Positions 1 through 12,282 of a DNA stretch of 64,000 nucleotides are shown here, piece by piece. The stretch is from contig JARDVH010000193.1 of the NCBI GenBank assembly GCA_030324005.1, positions 82,477,012-82,541,011 on the forward strand. Reading direction: 5' to 3'. The position numbers and the translations under genes were made by a program. Position 1 is the first letter of the stretch, and every line of letters begins with the position of its first letter. Below the pieces are notes generated by a model. That model did not search any database, was not told where the DNA came from, and was given only the letters and a program-made list of their open reading frames with translations. Source of the DNA: Negaprion brevirostris (Eukaryota).

Positions 1-700
1 GAAGGAGAGCTGGAATGCAAAGTGAAAAAGAGGTGAGAAAGAAGGATGATAAAATGAATGAAATGAAAAGAAATGGAAATGGAAGATGAGGAGGGTGGGG
101 GGGTGGAGGGTTGGAGGGGGGTGGTGTGCACTGGAGAAGGAAAAGTTCATGCTCTGAAGTTGTTGAACTCAATGTTCAGCTCCGGAAGCTGCAAATTGGA
201 AGATGAAGTGTTGTTCCTCCAGTTTGAGTTGTTCACTGGAACATTGCAAAGTATTCCCTGTTCACTGGAACATTGCAAAGTATTCCCTGTTCACTGGAAC
301 ATTGCAAAAGGCCAAGGACGGACATGTGGACAAGAGAGCAGGTTGGTGTGTTGAAGTGGTAAGTAACAGGGTTCTACTTGCTGATGGACCAAAGCTGTTC
401 AGCAAAGTGGTCACCTAATCTGCGTTTGGTCTCTCTGACGTAAAGTAAACCACACTGTGAGCAGCAAATGCAATATACCAGATTGAAGGAGGTGCATGTG
501 AAGTGTTGCTTCACGTGAAAGGAGTGCTTAGGACCTGGGATGGTAAACAGGGAGGCGGTAAAGGGGTAGGTACAATTGCATGGGAAGGTGCTGTGGGCAG
601 AGAGTGAGGTGTTGGGTGTGATGGAGGAGTGGGCCAGTGTGTCCCAGAGAGAATGGCCTCTGCGGAATTCTGATTGGGCAGTTGGGAATGTGCTCTTAAG
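1..700 (-). mobile_element. Penelope-like retroelement 3' fragment (GIY-YIG endonuclease region), decayed
   Basis: ORF 374..817(-) contains FHVKQHFTCTSFNLVYCICCSQCGLLYVRETKRRLGDHFAE, a Penelope GIY-YIG pattern. Minus strand 140-230 reads KLEEQHFIF..., matching the typical Penelope C-terminus. A pyrimidine-rich 3' UTR (minus strand) runs off the window start. Confidence 0.8.
230..308. repeat. 29-bp tandem repeat, about 2.7 copies (TGTTCACTGGAACATTGCAAAGTATTCCC)
   Basis: Exact units at 230-258 and 259-287, partial unit at 288-308. Confidence 0.95.
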
Positions 701-1103
701 CCCAAGCCTTTTCACCCCATTATATGACTCCCATTCTACTTGCAAACCACTCTGGGGTGGGGGTTGTTTGGGATTGGGGGCAGTGTTGGTGGGGTGATGG
801 AAGGAATTAAATTCCACCCCATGCGTTCATTATTTGCAATTCATGAAGGAGATATCTACAGAATTCCATCACCTTTTGATAGTATATTTGCAGCCTCAGA
901 GCAGTGTAAGGGTAGTGCTGCCAGTGAAGATAACCATGGCCTTGAATCACTTTGCATCGAGATCCATCCAAACTGGCACAGATGACACATTGAACATATC
1001 CCATTGCTGCATAAGGGAGATGACAGAGGCTCTTTATTCCAGGAGAAGGGATCTCATTCTGCTGGCTGTGATCTGAGACATGCAAAAGAATGCACAAGTC
1101 ACT

Positions 1104-1428
1104 GGGGTGGCACGGTGGCTCAGTGGTTAACGCTGCTGCCTCACAGCACCAGGGACCCAGGTTTGATTCCCTTGATTCACTGTCTGTGTGGAGTTTGCAC
1201 ATTCTCCCCGTGTCTGCATGGGTTTCTTCCGGTTACTTGGTTTAGTCCCACAGTCCAAAGTTGTGCAGGTTAGGTGGATTGGCCATGCTAAATTGCCACT
1301 TAATGTCAGGGAGGCTAGCAGGGTAAATACATGGGCTACAGGGATAGGGACTGGGTGGGATTGTGATCAGTGCAAACTTGATGGGTTGAATGGCCTTCTT
1401 CTGCACTACAGGGATTTTAGGATTCTGA
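1104..1428 (+). mobile_element. tRNA-derived HE1/V-SINE-like SINE with CR1/HER1-type tail (tail A)
   Basis: Head GGTGGCACGGTGGCTCAGTGGTTA...GGTTTGATTCC (Pol III A/B boxes), core GGAGTTTGCACATTCTCCCCGTGTCTGC, tail ...TGGCCTTCTTCTGCACTACAGGGATT. Confidence 0.9.
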
Positions 1429-1726
1429 TATGGAACTTCCCCTTGGTGCAAGCTCTGCATTTAATTGCTGAGAAATCCAGCAACCACAAAGGGGTTGACA
1501 TTCACTCAGTGTGGGGGTGGTATAGAACCATGGTCAGTATGTCATGCTGTTGAACGTCCACTCTCCTGGCAACAGTTATGATGCACTGATTTTGCACCAG
1601 TCCTTTGTACCGACAGCCTTCAGATAGTGGATGCTGAGTGACAAGGTTATTCACTTCCACCTAGCTCATGACACCCTGTCCTCAGTCATATGTGGTTAGT
1701 CTGCTTATAATGTTGCCATGAGAAAT

Positions 1727-1846
1727 AACAAAGAACAAAGAACAAAGAACAACCCAGCACGGAAAACAAGCCCTTCGGCCCAACGAGCCCGCACCGCCGC
1801 ATCCTCCTACACCTACCCTGCCCTGCGTGTATGCAAGTGGAACCCT
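1727..1846 (-). mobile_element. CR1/HER1 LINE 3' end
   Basis: Minus strand GGGCCGAAGGGCTTGTTTTCCGTGCTG followed by a (TTCTTTG)n terminal microsatellite; abuts an N gap. Confidence 0.75.
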
Positions 1847-4059
1847 NNNNNNNNNNNNNNNNNNNNNNNNNNNNNNNNNNNNNNNNNNNNNNNNNNNNNN
1901 NNNNNNNNNNNNNNNNNNNNNNNNNNNNNNNNNNNNNNNNNNNNNNCAGGTACTCACCACAGCCACAGCCACCAAGTACACTGCTCCGGAGAACAATGAG
2001 GAGAACATTAAGCTTGTACCACCGGAGTGCTGAATCAATGTTTTCATGAGTGTATCTGCTCTGGAGAAATTGTCCTTTACTCATCCGACTATAAGTGTCC
2101 ATTCATGCCAGTTTGCTGGCCAATAAGAGGACGCAGCCACCACCACCATGAATTCAATGAGCTTCAGTCCATTAATGTATCAAACATTGCTGCAAGTGTT
2201 CCTCAAGGCAATTTTCGTTGAGGTGGGCTTTGCTGCCGAGGCAAGCATTTATTGCCCATCCCTAATTGGAGGTAAGGTGGAAGGTGGAGTAAAGGCTGGA
2301 TATGGGAGGCAAGCTAATGCAGGAAAGGAGGAGAAAGTATCTGAGGAATGAGGGGAGGAGGGTGGTGTCTTTGAGGGTGGGGTCAGTGGTGCTGAACTGG
2401 GGTCCTGGGCAAGAACTCAAGGTCCTGGGTAATAGGAGGGAACAATCACAGTCAGGGTGAGGCGTGCGACGTGATAGGGTCACAAGCTCAGGTGAAAATC
2501 TGATTGTTGAACATCTCGTCAGGTGGGTCAGAGTGGTACAGGAAACGTGGCTCAGATAAAGGGATGGGACAGGGTCAGGTGGGGATCATACCGGGTCTTG
2601 CCGTTCATTTTGTGGAATTTGCCACTGGCTGCAGTCAGAGGTAGGGATGAATGGAGGGAGGTGGATGTGGGCATAGATAATTGAAGGCAACCAACTTGTG
2701 ATTCCAATCCTTCATAATCCTGAGTGAATGGTTTTGGAGGACAAAAGTTCATACAATTAGTTTTTCTATATTGCTAAGGAATCCCAGTGGATTACTGATG
2801 TTTAGGTAAAATATTTATCCCTCAAATTGGAACTGAAAAGGATTCACCCTTTTTTTTTCATTAAGCGCATTCAATGCTTCCGTTTAGCAGGCTTGCTATG
2901 GGTTACTTTCCTTCCATAGTAGAATTGATGGGTTCATGCTGTTGCTCTTTTATAGGCAGGTAACTGGTAACAAGTAAGTAGGCTAATGACTAGCATTGCA
3001 ATTTGGACTGTAATTGATATGGGGGCAGAAATGAGGCTTATAAGCAGGAGTCTTACTTTGTTGAACAATTGCCAATGGATCAAATGGGACTCCACAGTCT
3101 GTTGTGAAATTATTTTGTCTTGTCTGACACAGTAACTACTTGGCCGATCCAGTACTTCACAATATTGCTGGAACTAATATTTCTTGTGTCCCGACTTTCC
3201 TAGCTGAAACAATTTAGCATCCTGTTTTTGCTGGTCCTTGTTGACCTTCTGCCAGCTCTTCGAAATCGCCTGCTGCAGTCTTCAGTGTCTCTTGCTAAGG
3301 ATTAGCAGAACACACAGTATTGATCTCAAGTTCACTTAGAATCGCTGTAACATATTAAAGCAGCAAACAGCCCAACTAATAACGACCCCTGCGGGAAGCT
3401 CTCATTAGGGCNNNNNNNNNNGGCCCACATGATTTACAGACAGAGAAATGAAGGCAAATGATGAATATATTTAGATACTTCTCATGTCTCCCATTGTTAC
3501 ACTTCTTCATTACTTGTAACTGCAGGATGTCTGCCTCCAACATGTACCCAGACACACTTGAATACATTCAATCATTTTAATGAGTTATTAAGTTAATTAA
3601 TAAGGTCCTTGCACACTAATCCTCTTGTAGTGCATTAATTAAATACTGGTAGAAAATCAGTACGCAAGTCATCTTATATACCGTAGTGATTTTCAGTGTG
3701 TATTTCAGAGTCTATTGAAATAAATACATGTGAACGGTGACAGGAATTTGCTGCACAATGTTAAGAATCTTACATGGGCTTGGCCTAGGTTGTAAAATGC
3801 AGGAGCCCATTAAAATAGGGTATTTCACCTTCAGGACCACTTTTAAAGAGGAAGTTTCAATATTGTGGGTATCACAGGAGTAATGAAAAATAAGAGTATG
3901 TTGTTTTGTCTGAGTATTAGGTNNNNNNNNNNNNNNNNNNNNNNNNNNNNNNNNNNNNNNNNNNNNNNNNNNNNNNNNNNNNNNNNNNNNNNNNNNNNNN
4001 NNNNNNNNNNNNNNNNNNNNNNNNNNNNNNNNNNNNNNNAGATTATAAGATATTTAGAA

Positions 4060-7000
4060 ACTACAGAGTAGGGAGAAGGGCAGTGGGGTAGCTGTGTTAA
4101 TCAGATTGAGCATAATGACAGTAACAAGAAAAGCTATAACTAACAGATAGAAACAGGATCCCATGTTGGTTGAGATGAAGGAATCCCTCACATTATTAGA
4201 TATATTCCAATTTGAGCACCAAAGAGTGGAAAAAACAGAAAGGGAGAAACATGCAGAGACAAACAGATGAAAAATATTTTTTAAAATGCAGAATAATAAC
4301 CTTGGGGGTCTCAGTTGTGGAAAAAAATATAAGAGGCAGCCCTAAACCTAGCAATCAGACATGAATCAGTGCAAACAAGAAAGGCATGTATGGGGAACAT
4401 CTGGAGAGTGGTGATCACAATATTAGGATCATGGTACTGATTTAGAAGATATCTTTATAGTACAAAGGCTGAGGTAATATGTTAGAGAAAAGGGTAACTA
4501 CATGAATGATACCATCAGATATCTACTCACCCGGTTCCAACTGCAGCGTCCCAACGTGTGCTATAAATGGTTGAAAGGTCTTATACAATCTAGCAGCAGA
4601 GCCATGAAACGTGTGCCTCATCTTCTCCAGCTTAATGATATCTACCACCTCCTTCACCCACTGTGAGTGTGTCGGGGGTGCATCTGATTTCCACCAAAAC
4701 AGGATTTGTCATCTTGTCAGGAGTGTAGGGAAAGTATAAAATCTGCTTGGAGTTTCAACAGTGGCGGAGTTAAAGGCACANNNNNNNNNNNNNNNNNNNN
4801 NNNNNNNNNNNNNNNNNNNNNNNNNNNNNNNNNNNNNNNNNNNNNNNNNNNNNNNNNNNNNNNNACCACGGGGGGGGGGGTTGTTGGGGGAGTTGGTGGT
4901 GGCGGCGTTTAAGTCCTGATCTAGTGTTGCTACAATCATCTCAAATATTGATGCCCAGTAATTATACAGTGATGGGCACGCCCAGAACATATGTAAGAGG
5001 GTGGCGGGAGTTTGCTGACACCACTCACAAATGGGGCTTGTGCCTGGGTACATCCTAGAAAGTCTAACCCTAGTTAGATATGCTCTGTGAAGGAATTTAC
5101 ATTGTATCGTATCCAGCTTGGCACATTTTGAGGAGGAATATACTTGATGCAACATCATATCCCAATCCTCCTCCAAGAACTCTTCCCCAGATCTCATTTC
5201 CATAAAGATTTAACTTGATAGAAAGTTTTTTTGGGACAGAATTTGAGAATAAAGAATAGAACTGATACCATGCATAGTAATAGAAGGCACTAAGAAGATG
5301 TCAATGCAGGCGCGAGGTGGGAGTGTCAGAAATTGAGGGTCGGCCCTACGCACCAAGTCTTGAATTTGCAAATATATGAAAGGCTGCGTTGCAGGTAAAG
5401 CAAACTTATCCACCACCTGCTGGAATGATGCAAACACGCTGTCCACATACAAGTCCTGGAATGTTCGGATCCCGTGCTTGACCCATATGTTGAAGGCACC
5501 ATCCAAAACATTCAGAGGAAAAAAATGGTTAGCCGATACTGGGAAGACCAGCAACCAGGCCTGAAACCCAAAGTGGCGTCTAAATTGCATCCAAATTCTA
5601 AGAGTTGACTTGACAAGTGCACTCCTAGTATACTGGGAGAGGGAAAAATTTACTGGGAAACATATTAAGGCAGCCAGGGGAGACGAAGCACAGCAGAAAG
5701 ATTCTAACTGCAGCCAACAAGGAACCTTCCATTGCCCCTGTCTCTGCACCCAACACACTACCATTGACATATTGGCTGCCCAATAACAAAATAGAAAATT
5801 GGGCAATCTGATTCCCGCCTCCCGTTTAGCGCTTTGCAACACTGTCCTCCACATTCTTGGATTTTTCCTATTCCAGACAAAGCTTGAAATGAGCCGATCA
5901 AGTTTGTGAAAAAAGGATTTGGGAGTGAACACCAGGGATGCGCTGAAAGAGATATAAAAACTTAGGTAGCACGTTCATCTTCATCGCATTGATACGGCTC
6001 GCTAATGATAATGGGAGGATGGACCAACCTTTAAAGTCCTGTTCCATCCATCCCATGAGTGGAGCAAAGTTAGCTCCAAAGAGCCCATTAAATTTGCTAG
6101 TCACTTGCACTTCCAAGTCAGTAAACTGCCTAGTGACAATCTTGAAAGGCAGGGTGTGGAGCGGGAGGCTACGAGCCTCTGCATTCAAAGGAAGGAGCTC
6201 ACTCTTGTTCAAGTTATGTTTGCACCCTGAAATACAACCAAACCTCTCTAGTACAGATAAACTTCGGGAATCGATTTGGATGGGTTGCCAACATACAATA
6301 GTAGGTCGTTTGCATATAGCGACACTCTCTGCTCGATTCCCTCCCAACCAATCTCCACCACTCATTTGCTATTGCGAAAAGCTGCAGCAAGAGGTTCAAT
6401 AATAATGGCAAATAACAGGGGGGAGAGGAAGCACCCTTGCCTAGTGTCACGGGACAAAGGGAAAACAGCTGAATGCTCATCATTTGTCCAGACCAAGGCT
6501 AGAGAGGTGGAGCACACTATTTTGATTTAAGAGATGAGCTTTGGGCTGAACCCAAACCTGCCAAGAGCACAAAATGAAGAACCTCATCCACCTGATCAAA
6601 TGCTTTTTCAGGGTCCAGCGAGATTAACATCTCTGGTAGCTTGGAGGTGGCAGGCACATACATAATGTTAAACAGATGCCGAATATTCAAGTACATTTTT
6701 AATTAACCCAGTCTGGTCAGGCGAGATGATAGAGGGCAGAATGTCCCCCAAGCAAATGGCCAGAATCTTAGAGATCAGTTTCAGATCCACATTCAGTAAT
6801 GAGATTGGTGTATAGGAGCTGCAGATTTGTGGGTCCTTATTCTTAAAGAATAAGCAAAATTGTCACTTGCCTCAAAGTCTGCGGGAGAGAGTGGTTCTCG
6901 TATGATTCATTGATCATGCGCTGTAGTACGGCAGCCAACCTATCCATAAAATTTTTGTAGAATTCAATGGGTTACCCATCTGGTCCCAGGCATTTCCCAT

Positions 7001-9900
7001 TCAGCATATTTCTGACAATTTGTTCAACGTCGATTGGTTTCTCCAGTGCTGTGGCCTCTCCCCTGTCCACTATGGGGCGATTCAGTGCCCCAAAGAACTC
7101 CTGAAAGTCAGCCTCATTGGCGATGGACTCTGAGCTATAGAGGGTTGAATAAAAGTCCCTAAACAGTTCACTTATTTGCTGTAAATCAGTACAGACCCCA
7201 TTTGGAATCTGCATTTGTGGTATTGGACTTTTGGTGGAGAATTGGCACAACTGATGAGCTAATAGCTTGCTTGCCTTGTCCCCATGCTCGTGGTGTGTAT
7301 ACTTAGATTTGAACAGCATCCCTTCTGCTTGACGTGAGGACAAGGTCTCAAAATCTATCTGTATTAGTAAACGTTTCTTATATACCTCTGGGGACGGGCC
7401 CACAGCATACGTGGCATCAACTTGGGCAATACGCCCCAGCAATTCCGATAACATCCTATCTCTCTGCTTCACTTTCTGTGCTGAATAAGATATGATTTGG
7501 CTCTTTAAATAAGCCTTCAATGTCTCCCATAAAATAACTGCCGACACTCCCAGAGCATCATTAAACTCTAAAAAATCATTGATCTGGGTTAACAAAAACC
7601 TAACAAATTCATCATCAGAGAGCAGACAAGCATTAAATTGCCAAGGCTACAGGGGCCCACTCTCCTCCCCTCTACCAAATCCATTGTCAAGGGAGCATGG
7701 TGCGATATTACAATGGTTTCGTAGGAGCATGAGTGCATAGCCGGGAGCAACTTATTATCTACCAAAAAGTAATCTATACATGAATATGTTTCATGGACAG
7801 GTGAAAAAAAAGCATATTCTCTACTAGTGGAGTTAAGAAACCTCCATGGGCCCGACACCACTTATTCTGTGAGCAATGATTTAATAATTTCTGCCAACTT
7901 GGAAGATACTGTGGTCCTGGGGGAGGAACGATCCAGGGCAGGATTCAACAAACAGTTGAAATCTCTGCCCAGTATCACCCGATGTGAATTCAAATCTGGA
8001 AGTAGCGCAAAAACGACTGGAAAAAGTTTTCACAGTCCCAGTTTGGGGCAAACACATTGGCTAACACCAGGGGTGTCCCATATAGTTTACCCGTGACAAT
8101 GATGCATTGGCCATTTGAGTCAGAAATGACCTTGGCTACTACTGAGGGTAAGGACTTGTGGATGAGGATTGCTGCCCCTGCACCTTAGTGTGAAATGTTG
8201 AGTGAAAGTATTGACAACCCACCCCATCCCCATCCTCTATAGAGCCTAAAATAAACCACTGGCTTGAGGTAGGTCTCTTAGAGGAATGCAATTTGGGTAC
8301 CCAGCTGTTGAAGATGTTGAAATATCTTACCGTGCTTAACCAGATGATTTACTCCCCTGTCATTCCAACTAGTGAAATTGATCCCTCCGAGCTCAGAGCA
8401 TAAGGGCCTCCTAGCCAGCAACCCACATAATAATAATAGCCTCGTATCCCTCCTCACCGGGGAGTCTCCCCCAAACCACTGACGTCAGCAGATGCCACAC
8501 CCCAGGGCTCCACCCCCACCTTCCCCGTCGGCCACGGGGAGCCAACCACGGGAAAGAGAGGCTGGGCTTGAAAGAGGCCAAACCACACCGACAGAGAAAA
8601 AAAGATATAGCAAAGACATAAAAACACTCACACAGACCAAATCCATAAACACAGTGTCTCCCCTGCACCCCCTAACATGTGCCCTTCCAAACAGGGCATC
8701 TCCCTCTCGTGGCACCTTCACAGCACTCAGCATGGGACAAGATCTCCACCTCCATTCCCATCATCATCACAGGTGCTATAACCTTAAAGGTCTGTAGAAA
8801 TACCAAACACTTAACACTTAACCTAATAGTCACAAAACCCATTACCCTTTCCTGGCCGACAATTCGGTCCCGGTATAACATGCAGGTTCATATTACATCC
8901 GTCGTGCAGTCACCCGATTCAAAAGTCCGCTCCACAAATGCCGGATCTGTGAACTTGTCCTCAGTTCCATTGTTGAGAGTAATCCTCAAGCAGGCTGGAA
9001 AACAAAGCCCAAACCTGAACCCAGGACGGCCGCACAAAAGTCGTTTGACATCAGCGAAGGTCGTCCTACCATCAGGGTAAAATCTGGAAATATCAGCAAC
9101 TGATTTTCCTGGTACTTCAGAGCAGTGCCTGTGCAGCTTGCCATGGCGAGGTGTAATGTACTTGTGTAATAATGGGCTGAAGAGTTTCTTCCAGTCTGGG
9201 CTTTGCTTGTAACGCTCTGTGTGCGCGATTCAGAAGCCGCTCATCCTCAAGTTCCAGCACATTCTCCAATAGCCAAGTGACAAAGTCTGTGACATCTGGG
9301 CCCTTGGTTCCCTCCGGAAGGCCTGTCGAATGGACGTTATTTCATCTTTGGTGTCCTTTCATCTCATCACATTTCTCTCTTAGGGCCTTATCCTCCGATG
9401 TCAAATGAGTAAATTGGTTCTTCAGCTCGGAGACAGTGTTTCCACTAAATGCCTTCAAGTCCTCAAATTTCTTCAAGCGGTTCTCATAGGCAACGGTGAC
9501 ACCTTGGAGAGATTTCACAGATGATCCGAGCTCCTGTCTCAGCCCATCTATCTTGGCCTGCAACTCAGTGGCCCACCGGTCCAACTTACTGTTCAATCTT
9601 TACACGGCCTCCATAATAGTNNNNNNNNNNNNNNNNNNNNNNNNNNNNNNNNNNNNNNNNNNNNNNNNNNNNNNNNNNNNNNNNNNNNNNNNNNNNNNNN
9701 NNNNNNTGGTCCCGCTGTTCAATTTTGTTTTGCCTCCTGCCATTTTGCCAGTGCCAATGGCTTACCCATTTCCTTCAGCCTGGAGCGCTATTCCTTGGTC
9801 CCTATATCAAGCTGTCTCACTGTTTGATCTACCAGGGTTCTTACATGGATTGTTTTTCAATTTGCTTCACCCTTAACTGAGCGAACTGAAGCAGCAAATG
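4060..9900 (-). mobile_element. Near full-length, inactivated L1-clade LINE (ORF1 + ORF2)
   Basis: ORF1 runs from ATG at about 9743 (MAGGKTKLN...; coiled coil in ORF 9342..9596) to about 8887. ORF2 runs from about 8400 (SWNDRGVN..KIFQHL..IAFL*ET, APE endonuclease) through REYAFFSPVHETYSCIDYFLV, GKCLGPDG, RVSLYAND (YADD decayed), RINAMKMNVLPKFLYLFQ and CEWCQQTPATLLHMFWAC (zinc knuckle) to a stop at about 4523. Many frameshifts. Confidence 0.95.
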
Positions 9901-10519
9901 GTTCCCAGCCGAGCTGCAAGTTGTAACTCTTCTCCCTCACTTTAATACACCCTTAATTGGATGAAATAAGAAGCAGCACAGTGTCCCCAAGTTGATCTGA
10001 CAGTTGCATTTTTATGACACAGAAGTTCTTCCCTGGGCTGCCCCCCACCCGAACCCAATTCACACTTGATTGAGTGAAAAAACTATAAGATGGTTCCAGA
10101 CAAGTCCCAACAAGCCCCTCGCAGAGCTCTAGCTGCAAAAAAGCAATCCGAAAGCACAAATAGCAGCTTGCAATTTGCAGCAGGATCCCAGTGGCTCCTG
10201 CTTCCCACTTTAATTCACCCTTTCTTGGGTGAAAACAGAAGAGAGTTTGCAGACAGAGGCCCTTCCCCGCTGAGCACACACAGTAAATTCCAACCGGCAG
10301 GAAGGAATCTAAAAATAACCCTTTCCAGCTAGACTTTTGAAGTTCTCTCTTTGCAACTGCCCTCCAGGTATGTTTAGAGCTTGCTTGATGTACGTTAACC
10401 TTTCTCCAGACCTCAACGAACAGCTGGATTTCAAGAAGAATCTTGCTACCTATGGATGATGCTTCCTCTCACACCAGCACCATCTTTGATTCCCCGGGAT
10501 GGAAGAATGTTAATAGTGG

Positions 10520-10600
10520 CCTAAAAACTTTAAATCTGTTTCTCTTGCCACAGATGCTGCCAGACCTGCTGAGTTTAAGTAGCATTTTCTGTTTCTATTA
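10520..10600 (+). mobile_element. Penelope pLTR 3' fragment
   Basis: TCTGTTTCTCTTGCCACAGATGCTGCCAGACCTGCTGAGTTT..AGCATTTTCTGTTT, same family as 12165-12282(-). Confidence 0.6.
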
Positions 10601-10859
10601 CTAAAGTATTCTGTATACATATAAATAACAAAAGCGGAATTAAAATATGATCAGTTGGCTAGTTCATCCATCCTATTTCCACTGAGTGGGTTGAATGATT
10701 ATCTGGTTTATTGTCACTCCTCCCAGAGATTGCCTGACTTTGATAGTGAGGAGGAATCCAATGGAGCTGATGGTCTTGGTGGGTTGCACAAGAAAGGCTT
10801 GTTGGTCTTTTCCAATTCTCCTCTGTGCTAAATCTTTCTAGATGCTTTTAAAAACGCAA

Positions 10860-12050
10860 TGGGTGGAATTCTTCCCCCCAAAAATTCCAGATGTTGAATT
10901 AATGGGAAAATTGGAATAATTCACGTTTTTTTTTCAGTGCGAGTTCACATTAGAATCTCCCACAGTCTGTGCACTGCAAAGGCCACCATCAGATTTCAGG
11001 AGACGTGGCCTATTCCCACTCGGGAGGCTGAAGCCAGTGAGCCTCTGTGCATGCACAGTGGCCCTAAACTGTCATTCTCCCACTTGCTGGCCAGCTCAAT
11101 CGCTGGCCAGTCAGAGACGCCTGCAATGCTGCCCCCCACACCCAAACGGCCCAATTGTGGCCCCCCTCCCGACAATTTCCATACCTGCCTGACTCCTGAC
11201 CCTACCTCCCCCCATTCCAGACCGCCCTGATCTCCATTCCCGCTCCCATCCTAGTGGGGGTCAATCCTCCCAACAGAATCCTTCCTGGCAGACCTCAATC
11301 CTTGTGGCAAACCCTCCCCTACCCGCCCCACCCGCCCNNNNNNNNNNNNNNNNNNNNNNNNNNNNNNNNNNNNNNNNNNNNNNNNNNNNNNNNNNNNNNN
11401 NNNNNNNNNNNNNNNNNNNNNNNNNNNNNNNNNNNNCACCCCCTCAACCCTGCCACAATAGGCCCCACTCCAATAGGCCCCACTCTCTAGATGCTGCCCC
11501 CATATGCCCATTGGGCAATGCCAAGGTGCCCCTGGGCATGTGCACTTTGCCCCTTGGACAGTTCCCAGGGGCACAGGCTGATACTGCCAGTGTGCCCATC
11601 CCCAGGGGACATCCCCCCACCACCCGACCCCCGCAGGGGCCCCTTCTTCACTCCAATGGAGCCATCCCACTAGTTTCCAGAAAGTGGGAAGTTAGTATAA
11701 ACCTTGCTGGAGTGAAACGCTTTGGCAGAGTGGGGAGATGTTGGTGGGAAAATTCAGTCCGGGACCCTCTAATAGCATTTAATTGATATGTAAAATATCA
11801 TTTAAATACTAGCCCACCTCCCCACTGATTTCCAGCATGGAGCAGACCACGCCGGAGTTCTGGCACTGGGAGATGCTAGTGAGGTGCGAACACTCATGGG
11901 AATCCTGCAGATCGCCCCGTCCCCCATGCGATTCTCCTGAACAGCGGCACTAGAAAATTAATGCAGCGGGATGGGAGAATCGCTATGATTTTCCTCAAAA
12001 CTGCTCCTGCACCACCACTATAAAAGTCTGAAATATGGCAGAAACTCTGT
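10860..12050. mobile_element. Non-autonomous Harbinger-like DNA element(s) with GC-rich interior
   Basis: Starts GGGTGGAATTCT and ends with a degenerate inverse (AGAAACTCTGTC). C-rich internal repeats resemble the elements at 49.5 and 62.3 kb. Confidence 0.5.
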
Positions 12051-12164
12051 CTACAGGTATGTGGTGGCCAGTGGCCTCCCAGCAATATCATGGTTGGATG
12101 TTCCCAGCCAATGTGATTGTATACATTATTGCTCTCATTGAACATAGTGAAGTAATGACAAGAT

Positions 12165-12282
12165 TAAAGCAAAATACTGCCGAATCTGAAACAAAAACAG
12201 AAAATGTTGGAAAATCTCAGCCAGTCTAACAGCATCTGTGGGGAGAGAATCGAGCCAACGTTTCAAGTCGAGATGACGCCTT
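12165..12282 (-). mobile_element. Penelope pLTR 3' fragment (hammerhead 5' half truncated)
   Basis: Minus strand ...GTCATCTCGACTTGAAACGTTGGCTC...CCACAGATGCTGTTAGACTGGCTGAGATTTTCCAACATTTTCTGTTTTTG. The GAAACGTT half is present and the CTGANGA half is absent. Confidence 0.65.

Larger units (their letters stand above)
880..2150 (+). mobile_element. Decayed PIF/Harbinger transposase (HARBI1-like), interrupted by a SINE and a CR1 tail
   Basis: VLPVKITMALNHFASRSIQTGTDDTLNISHCCIREMTEALYSRR (HARBI1 N-terminal HTH). FPLVQ..NHKG..HSV near 1435-1510, a degenerate W-L-x-D-K-G-Y...LMTP near 1626-1676, and LNQCF..CSGEIVLYS near 2030-2085. Confidence 0.75.

Noticed and set aside
1104-1175. tRNA-like A/B boxes (also in other SINE heads)
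   Set aside because: These are SINE heads continuing into SINE core sequence, not cloverleaf tRNA genes.
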